A DNA stretch of 64,000 bases from Lama glama (taxonomy: Eukaryota), in the NCBI GenBank assembly GCA_028534125.1, contig CM052821.1:53754001-53818000 (forward strand). The letters are read 5' to 3'. The first letter of the stretch is position 1. Every line of letters starts with the position of its first letter. The translations under genes were made by a program, and so were the position numbers. Below the pieces are notes generated by a model. It saw nothing but the letters and a program-made list of their open reading frames with translations, did no database searches and had not been told where the DNA came from. Of this stretch, positions 50,346 through 61,032 are shown in pieces.

Positions 50346-50867
50346 GATTTTTTTGATCCTATGTGCCTTTACTTAGCATATTTCCACTGCTTTTCTACCA
50401 GCAAACTCCTCCTCTTTCTTTACACTGAGAATCCCCTCCATCAGGGCTCTGGTCTCATGTGTTTTAATCACCTTAAAGAAAGGGGTTACATGGGATTAAC
50501 CTCCGGGTCAAGAAATTCAACCAATATTTGTTGAACAAATAATGAGTGAAAAAGGAACTTAGGGCCTGTGGAGTCCAGGCCCAAGCACCTTCCACGCCCA
50601 AAAGCCTTCCACATCCTTGACCTCATTTAACTTCCACAGCAGTCCTGAGAGGTAGTTTTTACATGCCCATTTCTCAGACAAGAAGGCTAGAGTCCAGAGG
50701 GCAGAACAAGCCAGAAAACCCATCACCTGAAGACTTTCCCAGACTCCTAGATCCACCCATCCTTGCACTGGTTACCCAACAGCTGCCTGGGAGCTGGGAT
50801 GTTCTGGCAGTAGCCTGGCTCGTTGCGTGCCCAGGGCAGCAGGGCCGTGGCCTCGGCGTGGTACTTA

Positions 50868-51104
<237 letters not shown>

Positions 51105-52477
51105 TTAGTGGGGGCTCCTCACCACGGGCAGGACCTGGTCGGCCTATCCTAGGGTCTGGCTCACCTCTTCCCTTGCTGGGAAGACTTTGTGGTCCAGTGT
51201 GGCCCAGCCTCACCTCTGCCGAGAAGCCTGCTCTGACTCCTGTCACCTCCCTGATATGCCTCGACTACAGACCTACTTACACTGTGCTGCCCAGACTGGG
51301 AGCTCCTCGCAGGCAGCGCTGCATCTGAAGCCCCACGTGGATCACCCCACCAAGGGCTCTGCACACAGAAGGCACTTAATAAGGAAACAGCATTAACTGA
51401 GCACCTACTATGTGCTTCATAGGCTCAAGCAGATTTAATCCACTTGGCCATCCTAGCAGGCAGGTCTAGGATCCCACCTTACTGAGGGAGAAACAGAGGC
51501 TCGGAGGCCTAAAGTGACCTGCCTGAGCTGGCTAGTTGTAGTGGAGCAGGAATCCACCCAGGCCTGCCTAGGTCCAAGATCCAGGACCCTCTCCACTCCT
51601 CCATCGCCGTGTGGACTCACTGACAAGTCCAGGCTGGGTGGTGAGTGGCATGGTTGCCAGAACCAGGTCCTGCTGTAGAGAAAGCAGTGTCCCCTCTGGA
51701 TCTTGGCTTCTACTAAGCTGGTGCCTGAGACCTGGAGGTCCCCAAGGGCCTGCCTCAGTGGCCCCAGCTCACGGTGACAAAGCTGTCTTGGCCTTGAACC
51801 CCCTTTCCTCCAGCTCGGAGGCCCCTATTCAGCTACCAATGGCGCTGGAAGCCCAGGACACTATTTACTAGCGGTGCCGGTGGTGATAAACAGGCGTGAA
51901 AGCCCGAACAAATACAACAATGGAAAAAAACCTGGAGCCGCTGTCTCCAGCTTAATTAGTATCTTCATAAAAAGGACTGCTGTATCTAATTTGTATCGCT
52001 CAAAAGGGGCTTCCCAGGCTGAATACATTTCTCCAACCACAAAGGTTCTGGTTTTGCAGAAGCGGCTCAGTTAGTTGAAATCTCTGACTCTGCTGAGAGG
52101 TGATTAGACTCCAGCCCACACAGCTCCCAGTGCCCGGGGCTGCCGAGGGGAGTCCCAGCGGGGCTGCGCTGGCTGGTGGGCCTCTGGGCCTCACGTGCTG
52201 CAGCGCCGAGCCTGGCTTGGGGGGCCTTGTGTAATCCTGTGCCCCTTCTGCAAAGTACAGCATCCTCTTCCGTAGGGCAGGGCAGGACCACTGCAGGAGA
52301 GGGTTCCAGCCTTTCAGGAGTCCGGAGGTCCCTCCAGGCCCTTTTCTCAGCCTCAGCCTTGGGAAACAGAAGACCCCCTCATGGACACAGAGGTCACTGA
52401 GTAAACCTCAGGTTGATGGACCATCTCATTTAACCTCATTATTCCCATTGTACAGAAGAGAAAACTGAGGCTGAGAG

Positions 52478-52651
52478 CAGTGGTCTCAAAACGTGGTCCC
52501 TGACCTGCCGCACCCATATCCCCCAGGGACTTGTCACAAATGCAGTTTCTTGGGCCTCTCAGCAGACCTTCTGAATTAGAAACTTGGGGAGGGGGGCGCA
52601 ACCTGAGTCTTAACTTGGGGGATGCCAACAGCCTTGGTTTGGGACCCACTG
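52478..52651. mobile_element. MER5A hAT-Charlie MITE inserted next to a MIR
   Basis: TIRs cagtggtctcaaa / tttgggacccactg; internal aaatgcagtttcttgggcc..cagaccttctgaattagaaact. Confidence 0.8.
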
Positions 52652-54569
52652 GCCTGGGGGAAGCATGCACTGGAGGCTGGAGGTGAGGGGCAGAGGTGGG
52701 AAGCGAATTCCGGCCACCGTCCGGCCACCTTCCAGCCCCTGTGCAGGTCGAGGGGGCAGCCTTGCTGTGAGCATTCTCACACTCAGTTCGCAGGAATCTG
52801 GCTGTGCCAGCAATCCCAGGGGCTGGGCAGGGAGACTAGCTGGGGCTCTGAGGCCGGACTGGGAGGCCTGGGCCAGCTGGGCCGTGGAGAGGGAGGGGAT
52901 GGAGCCGGGGAGGGGGCCTGAGAGCCGGGCTTCGGAGGAGCCACATGTGCAGAGATGGAGGTGGGAGGGAGACCCAGCCAGGGAAGCGGATATGGAGAAG
53001 CCCCTGGCGGCTCACCCCGGCCAGCCCTGGATGGCCAGAACCACCTGCTTTGGCCATTTGGCAAATACAAGGAGGCCATGGCTGCTTCCTGAGGAAGAAT
53101 GTGCCAGAACGCAAGGAGCCCTGGGCCAGGAGCCAGGACAGCTGGTCTGAATCCTGGAGCATGCAGGGTCACCCGGCCGTCACAGCCTCTCTGTGCCTCC
53201 TTGCCGTCACTGATAGAGACCGGCGGTCCAGCGGCCGGGGGCTCCGAGGAGCATTTGTAAACAGCAAAGCGTAGGGTCTGCTTGGAACAGGGAAGGTGTA
53301 AGTCAATGAGTGGATGATGAAAGGTGGCAACTTTCGGCCTCCAGTCATGGGCACAGTATGGCTCTCGGGCCATGCCTGGGGCCCGAGGGCAGAGGGACTC
53401 TGTTAGGAGGCCAGTAAGTCCTGAGTCACCAGGAAAACCGGCCCAAGTGAAGAGGGAACACCAAGCGGAGAGTGACTCTCTTGGGTCCTGGGTTTGGGGG
53501 TCAGAGAGAGGACCACGTACCACCCCTGTCTGCAGGGCTCGGGCTAGCATGGCCATCACTTCACAGACAGGTGACTGTCCACTGACCGTGTGGCCTTGGG
53601 CAGGTCGCTTTCCTGGTCTGAGCCTCAGTTTCCTCACTTGTAAATGGGTGTGGAGTTCTCTCCCAGGGGACAGCGAGGACAGGACAAGCTAATACAAGTG
53701 ACAACAGTGCGGAAAGAGTGCTGTGCACCGTGGCCCCAGACCCTTGGCCTTGGCCTGGCTTTGGCTTGGCTGTCCAGGGCCTCCTTCGGAGCCACACCCC
53801 CCAGCAAAGGGTTAAGGGCCCGAAGCTACAGGCCAGTGTCAACAGCTCTGCCAGAGCGAAAGAACACAAGAGGGACAGAGACAGAGAGAGACACAGAGAC
53901 AAAGGGAGACAGACAGAGGAAGAGACAGAGAGAAAAGGCACCTGGCTCAGACCAGGGCTCGCGCTGGGCCACCCCTGCTGGCAGGAGGTAGGGTGGACTC
54001 CAGTCGGCCAGCTTCAGTTTGGAGCAGCCCAAGAACCTGGTCTATGTTCATCTCCGTAAACAGGAGAGTGAGAGCCACCTGCTGGGATGACTGCCAGCCT
54101 GGGAGACCAGTCCGGTGCTGGGGTGGGGGATGGGGGCGGCAGCCTCCCGCCACCTGGGTGAGAATCCAGCCCCAACACTGGCTGTGTTGTCTCAGGCTAG
54201 CCAGGTCCCTCTCCAAGTCTCAGTCACCTCATCTGCGGTGACTACAACCTTGCCTGACTCTGACCTGCTGGGGTCAGGAGAGAAATCACTGAATTTGGCC
54301 ATCAGCCACCCTTAACCCTACAGTGTCCTCAAGAATCTTCCAGCTGAGCTCCCGTGGCAGGCATGTGGGGGCACAGCACACAGTGGCTTCTCACCAAACA
54401 GCATCGGACGTTAGCTTCCCACGAGGGGGACCCCAGCAGGGCAGGGGACTCGAGGCATCCCCATCAGCACCCAGGAGCCCCGCCGGGCTGGCATGGACCC
54501 CAGGAAGGGACCACTGGCCCTGCCCCCCTCACCCCGCCACCTCTCGCCCAAGCGTCACGGAGGGTCTAC

Positions 54570-54633
54570 CTGCGGAAATGAGCAGCGAGAGGACGGTGAG
54601 CACGTTCAGGGGCTGCTGGCCACAGCTGGTCAT
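54570..54633 (-). CDS. SHISAL1: SHISAL1 first coding exon (exon about 54665-54570 including 32 nt of 5'UTR); encodes signal peptide MTSCGQQPLNVLTVLSLLISA + 1 nt
   Basis: ATG at 54633. Acceptor ctctccttcaacag ends at 54666. Donor G|GTAGAC follows 54570. 64 coding nt give phase 1, matching the next exon. The peptide matches the recalled N-terminus of mammalian SHISAL1/KIAA1644. Confidence 0.93.
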
Positions 54634-55264
54634 CGTTTGGCTCGCATGGATCCGTCGAGAGCTGCCTGTTGAAGGAGAGCCAGGAGAGGCCGGGTGTGGG
54701 CTGTCTCGCCTGCGGTGCAGACACTGGCTCTGCTGCCCACGGTGGGGACGGGCGGGCGCGGCAGGGAAGTGGGTTTGCTGGGTGCAGGGGGCCGGGCTGT
54801 GGATGATGGAAACGCCACCATCCAATTTCCTTTCTGGAACGAATGACCTTCCCCCACCAGTCACCGTCACCTCCCTTGCTTTTCACGGCAAAATGAGACT
54901 TAATCAAAGGAGGACGGATGGCTCAGGTGGTGGAAATAACCGGTGGGCTGAGGGCGGCGGAGGCTGGTGAGCAGGCGCCCGAGCGCACAGGAGTGAGAAC
55001 GGCTGGGGAGCCTGGCGACTGGTGGGGAGCTCGTGCACCTTTGGGGCCTTGCGGGACCCAGGGCTCCCTGCTGTGCCGCTAACCGAGTCTTTCATTAACC
55101 CCCCACAAGCATGCATCGAGCCGGCCCCTTCCAGGCATTAGGGACACAGCAATGAACTAAATCAACTGGAAACAGAACTCAATAGAAGCTGTCCCTGCCC
55201 CGGCTTACATTCTGGTGGGGAGGGCTGACAGCCCCGAACAGATGAGTAGTTCAAATGCTACGAG

Positions 55265-55700
55265 GCCCCTGGGGTTACACCCCAAAGGCTGAAAGCAGAG
55301 ATTCAAACAGATACTTGTACCCCCCAGAGCAGCACGATTCACAACAGCAAAAGGTGGCGATGACCCATGTGTCGGCGAGTGGGTGACAAGTAAACACGAC
55401 TCAGCAGGACGTCCTATAATAGTGGAACATTACTCAGCCTTAAAAAGGAAGGAAGTTCTGTCACAGGCTGCTGTATAGATGAGCCTTGAGGTTATTACAC
55501 TCAGTGAAATAAGCCAGACGCAAAAAGACAAGTACTGTTATGACCCCACTCATGTGAGATCCCAAAGCAGGCAAGTCCACAGAGGCAGGGAGGAGGGCTG
55601 GGGGAGGGGAGTGGGGAGTGAGCGTGTCATGGGGACGGGGTTTCCTTTTGGGAAGATCACAGAGTTCTGGAGATGGACGGTGGTGACTGGAGGAAGTGCT
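55265..55700 (+). mobile_element. L1 3' end (L1M-type) within an L2 fragment
   Basis: ggaacattactcagccttaaaaaggaaggaa...cactcagtgaaataagccagacgcaaaaagacaagtactg. Confidence 0.85.
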
Positions 55701-58079
55701 GCAGAGTGACGGGGCCGCAAGTGCAAAGGCCCTGAGGTGGGAGCAGTGGGGAGGTCAGTGGGGGGTAGGGGGAAGGGCAGGTAGCAGCAGGCCACCTAAG
55801 GCAGGGCCTTGGCCCTCGGTATCCACCTTACATCGGGTTGCTGAAGCCTCAGGACAAACCTGAAGCGACAGGTTACCTCCCTATTACCAGCCCCTCCCCT
55901 AAGGGGTTTGGGAATGGAGGCTGGGGAGGAGGCCCAAGTGTCGTCCGTGTGCACGGTGTGGCCCACTGAGAGCCCTGCCTGGGTTGTAGCTGCATGTGGC
56001 TGGGAATTAATTTGCTGAGCGCCTATTATGTGCCAAGCTCTGGGCAAGGCGAGGTGGTGCACACCACCCCCTTGCCTCACGGAACCCCTGGTCTGGGAGA
56101 GCTCTGGGACACCGGCGTGGGTCCAAGACAGCTCTGAATCCTGCTTGGTGGTGGCAGGCAGAGGCAACCCAGGGTCAACCCAGAGGCCGGAAGCTTCAGA
56201 ACAAGGAGACGGTGCCAGATTCATGGCCGAACACAGGATGCTCATGGCCAGGTCCCGCCCTGCTCTGGGGCCTTGGTCTTCTCACCCACAGCATGGACAG
56301 CAGGGAGGCACCGAGGGTGTCAGGTGCTGCTCCTGAGTTTGGTAAGCAAGAATAAGAAAAGGGGGTGGCCTGGCAGTAAGATGCCTTAATATGGCGATTA
56401 CTCATGGTGGTGATGTCGGTGTCAGCCCCTGGGGAGGGTGCCCCTCCTTCCTCTGCACGAAGGCCTCTCTACCCCTATGGACTGTGAGCTGTTTAATTGC
56501 TCAGAGCCTGGTCCTCCTCCCCCCCTCCCTCAGGGCCCTCCTGGGAGGATGAAGGAGATTAAAGCATTTGAAAGTGCTTAGGAAAGGATTTCATACTGGA
56601 GAAACCTAAGGATCAGCCCTGGAAAACGCACTGGGGTGGTTGGGGGGGGGGCTGCCTCCGAGATGCCTCTCCCCCAGCAATGTGGCCCCATCCCACAGAT
56701 GGGGAAGCAGAGGGCCCCCTGAGGCCTGAGACAGGTCTCCAGACTCTGTGCCCTTCTAGCCCCTGAAGGCTGGGGCTACCCAATTTTTGAGCCGGGGCTC
56801 CAGTCTGAGAGCGGATTCCCTGAACAAATACTGGGGTGGGGGTGGGGGTGGGGGTCCACATCTGTCATGTGCCCTGCCCTCCCTCCTGCTGCTCCTACTT
56901 ATAAGCCCTGCATGTACTGGGGGAGGCTGTCTAATCACACCTGGGGTGCCCTCTTCTTTCCTGTGAGTCCAAATCCTACACCACCTTAGAAGCTATGTTA
57001 ATGCCACCTCCTCCAGGAAGCCTGCCTTGATTCCATCAGCTGGAAGAAATTTGTCACTCCACTGAGGCTTATCGTATTCCATCTCTTCTCTTATTAACAT
57101 GTTGATTCATTTATTCATTCATGTATTCTCTTCATAAATATTCATTTGCAAGCCCCTACTCTGGGCCAGGGTCTCTGGGCTGGGTTTTAGGGACTCAGAA
57201 TGTGCTGGGTGAAGGCATCCCCCAGCTTACGCAACGGATCCTCCTGCCCTCCTCTAGGGACCGTGAGAGGCCTGGGCCTGGGCCAGCCAGCTGGGGGCAC
57301 CAGCCTCATGCTTGGACCAACAGCAGCCCCTGGGCCTGTTGTGGATGTGTGGTCCACCAAGCTCCGGCGTGCCCCTCCTTGGTGACGCACTGCACGTCCG
57401 TCCCCTGTCCAACAGGGCGCTCCTCGTGGTCTGCTCAGTCGCCTCCACCCAGCTGGACCCCCCCATGCCCACCCGTGGCTGCGTCAACAGGTGACAGAAG
57501 TCACAGCCCCATTTGTGGGACAGAGGTTGGGGTGGGGGCCTCCGGGTGGGGGTGGGGACTGCCCTACCACCCCAGGTCCCCAGAGCAGCTCAGTGCCAGC
57601 ACTGAAGGCTGAACCCGTGGTGGAGAGAAAACCCCACTGTGCGTCACTGGGCAGTTACATAAAAATTCCATTTCAAACGACCTGAGACGGCAAAACTGGA
57701 AGCCAGGTTCTCTATTCCTGGCCAGGTCGGAAGGCTGCTTTAGAAACGCCATGGCTGCCATTTGTGCTGGGTTTCCATGAGAGGGCCAGCTGCAGGGTCA
57801 TGCCATCAACAACACTGATATTCACCGCGGCCCCTTTAGGGGGTCTGCAGCGGGGAAACTGGGCATGTCACGCTGTCAGGTGCCACCCCCTGGGACCTCC
57901 CCACTGGTGACGTTTTGGGAAAGCCTCTCCAGCAGAGGCAGGAGTTGGGGCTGAAAGAGTGATGCCCCTCCTCGGGCCCCACTGGGCCCAGACCTGCTCT
58001 GGGGGCTGTAGCCATGGGGCTGCTGTCCCGGGTCTGGCTTATACCAGCTGAGTTCTTTACAAGTCCTGGATGCTGGCTT

Positions 58080-58245
58080 TTCACCGTGTTATCTCAGATA
58101 ATCCCCCACGGCCTGATGAGGTAGACATCAAACTCCCATCTGGTAAAGAAGGACACTGAGGCTCAGAGAGGTGAAGTGACTTGCCTGAGGTCACACAGCC
58201 ACTCAGTGGCTCAGACAGGAAGCAAGTCCGGCCTCCATATTTGCT
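58080..58245 (-). mobile_element. MIR
   Basis: actgaggctcagagaggtgaagtgacttgcctgaggtcacacagc. Confidence 0.8.
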
Positions 58246-60861
58246 CTCCCTCCCGGCACTATAGGAGCTTCCAGGGCCTCCCGAACCCCCACCCCCCGCC
58301 TCCCCTCCCAGAAGCACGTTTACCGCGGACAGATTCGATTTATGGTCCCAGGTTCCATCTCTGAAAATTGGTAAACTATCCACAATGGTAGCTTGTGACC
58401 AACAATAAAACTCAAAGAACAGGTAGAACATTCTGGATGAGCGAGACTCCCCACGCTCTGGCTGCCTCCAGGATCACAAGTCAGGCGCTCATCTCCGCGT
58501 CCACCCCTCGGGTCGGCTGGAGAGTGCTGTGCCCAGATCCGAGGATTATTTTTAAACACCGAATTTGGCGAGGCCTGAGAGGAGAGGCAGGAGGGCATGT
58601 GAAGAGAAACAGAGCCGAGAAAGATGAATTAAACCCCACCAGCAACAACAGCAGAGCTGCTTTCACGTCAGCCGGGCTAGGCAGGGCGGGGGGAGGGAGG
58701 CAGGGCTGGCTGGTGGGCCCTCGGTGCTGTGTGAGGGGCTCTGCCACGGACTCTCTGGAGCCCCCATACCTGGGGGCCACTGGCCCGATGCCAGGAGATC
58801 CCACACCCTCTCTCGGTTGCCAGCAGACCCCTTGTCAGCCCACCTGACCTCCCCTGGGTGTGGCCCAGAGCATCACCTCTTCCCTGGATAAGGCCAGGGG
58901 CCGCACGGCCTGGAGGTTGGGCCTTGGGCTTGGGTCACCCTGCCCGGCCCCGCCTTCTGTAACCACACCCATATGACCTGGGACAAGTCCCCTCAGTCTC
59001 CTAGGCCCCCAAAAGGAGATAAAAATAGTATCAAATCCACAGAATCCTTGCGTGGACTGGATGAAGAAAGGCCTCAGAGCACTTGCGATGGGGCTGGTGC
59101 TCCAAAAATGTCTGTGGGGTGTGCTCCTTGCAGCCAGCTGCCTCTGCCCCAGCCTCGCCCACCCACCCACACCTCCTGAGGGGTCCGGGCAGCTGCAGGC
59201 TCAAGTCCACGCTCACTCCGGAGGCCCCATGTGTTCTGACCCTTGCTGCTGCCTCTCACTCTCTCTGCTCCTCCAATCCAGCCTCTGGGATCTGCCTCTC
59301 CCCTGGGTCTTTGCACACACTGTTCCCCAGGCTGGGGACACCCTTCATCTCTCCTGCAGGCGGGCAGCCTGGACCCAGCTTCTGGGGTCAGCTGGGTACC
59401 CGACTCTCAGAGTTCTTCTCCCTCTGATGCTCTTGCGCCCCTGGGTGGGCTCCGGAGGCTGGCATGGGCAAGAGCATGCTGCCTGCTTGGTTTGTGTCTC
59501 GACCTGAGACCAAACTGGGGTTAGAGAAAAGCAGGTGGCAGGCGGGGCATTGAGAACCCAGACCACTGCTGCAGGGGACTGGCCTTTAGACCCTGCCACC
59601 TGAGCCTGCATTTCCCGACATCGAGAACAAAGGAGGGCACATGACTAGTTACACACTGGTCACCCAAACACATGCCACCTGGCCCCTCCCCTGCTGGGCT
59701 GCAGCTCTGCGGTCATCCCCGTGGCGGGGTGAGGGCGGGTCCTGTCCCAGCCTCCTGGTGCCGGTCGCTGGTGGCAGAGCCCAGGAGTCGGGCCCTCTGC
59801 TCAGGCTGGGCCTTCCCTGGACATCTCTCCCCCCGACTCTGGTGTCCTAATCAGAGCCGCCCCAGGCCCGGCCCCCGTGCCCGCAGGCCCAGGAAGCGGC
59901 CTGGGCTGCTGCTCGCCCTCCCCACCCCCACTGCCCGGCGTCATCTTCTGGATGCTCATCAATGCACACCTGACAGTCTCTACTGGGGGCCACGCCCAGG
60001 GCTGGGGTTCAGCTACAAACAAGATGGACCGGGTCTGGCCACCATGGGACTGTGGCCTGCGGAGAGTCAGGAAGCAATGGATTCCATGGTGAATCAGAAA
60101 TCAAGCCTGGACATTCTTCTTACCATTCGTCACAGTGTGAGTGCTGCGAGTTAGTAATTAAACAGGGGCAGAGCCCTTCGAGGCCTCACAAACTGTCCTG
60201 TGGGCAGTAGGTGCCCAAGAGGCGGGGGCTGGAGCTAACGCTGGGGAGAGCAGCTGCCAGCCGGGGGCCGGCCCTGGGCCGGAGCGTGCTGGGCACTTGG
60301 CTCTGACAAGCCGGCTTGCCTACACCCTTAGGCTGTCCCACTGCCCTCCCCCGGGTGGGGACAAGGAGGGAGGGGCAGGCCAGAGCCAGGATTCAACCCC
60401 ATGGTCTGCTCCTGTGCCCTGTCTCCAGGCACAGATGAGTGTGTTCACTCGGAAACCAGAGTCCAGGAATAGCACCTGCGGGCAGCAAGGCCAGAGTGTG
60501 TCCTCCTGACCCCCCGGTGCCTGTGGAGGGAGCGGCGGGGCAGCCAGGCCAGGTGGCCGGAGCACACACACGGAAGGACGGATGGACGCAGGCCAGACGG
60601 CGACACGTTCTCCAGCAGCCGGGGCTGCACGGCCAGCAGTCACTTGGCAGTTTCGGATGAGTCCCCCAGAGCTTGTGTCCTCCAAGGCCTCCCCTGACCC
60701 CTGCATGAGGCTGAGGACCCTGCCGTGTGTGCTCACGGCCTGTCCACCTTTCCTCAGAACACAGATGGCTGCTTATAGTTGCATGCTTGGCACAGGGGCT
60801 CCCTCTGAGCAGCGTCCATCGGCTCCCCTAGACTGTAGCCTGGACAAGGACAGGGACCAAA

Positions 60862-61032
60862 GACCGGCAGCATAATTCGCCAGGCCCAGTGCAAATGAAA
60901 AATGCAGAGAACCATTTCTGTTCGAAACTCTTCAGCAATTCAGCAACAGCAGAGCATTAAACCGAGCGTGGGCCCTTCTGAGCCCGGGGCCCTGTGCGAC
61001 TACTCCGATCACGCGCCGTGAAGCTGGCCCTG
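60862..61032. mobile_element. MER45A-like hAT-Tip100 MITE
   Basis: gaccggcagcataatt...ggcccagtgcaaatgaaaa...cagagcattaaacc...gggccctgtgcgact...gaagctggccctg. Confidence 0.75.

Noticed and set aside
52783-53637. 284-aa minus-strand ORF
   Set aside because: Starts in a MIR (RKLRLR... translation), has no domain and is typical GC-rich intronic noise.
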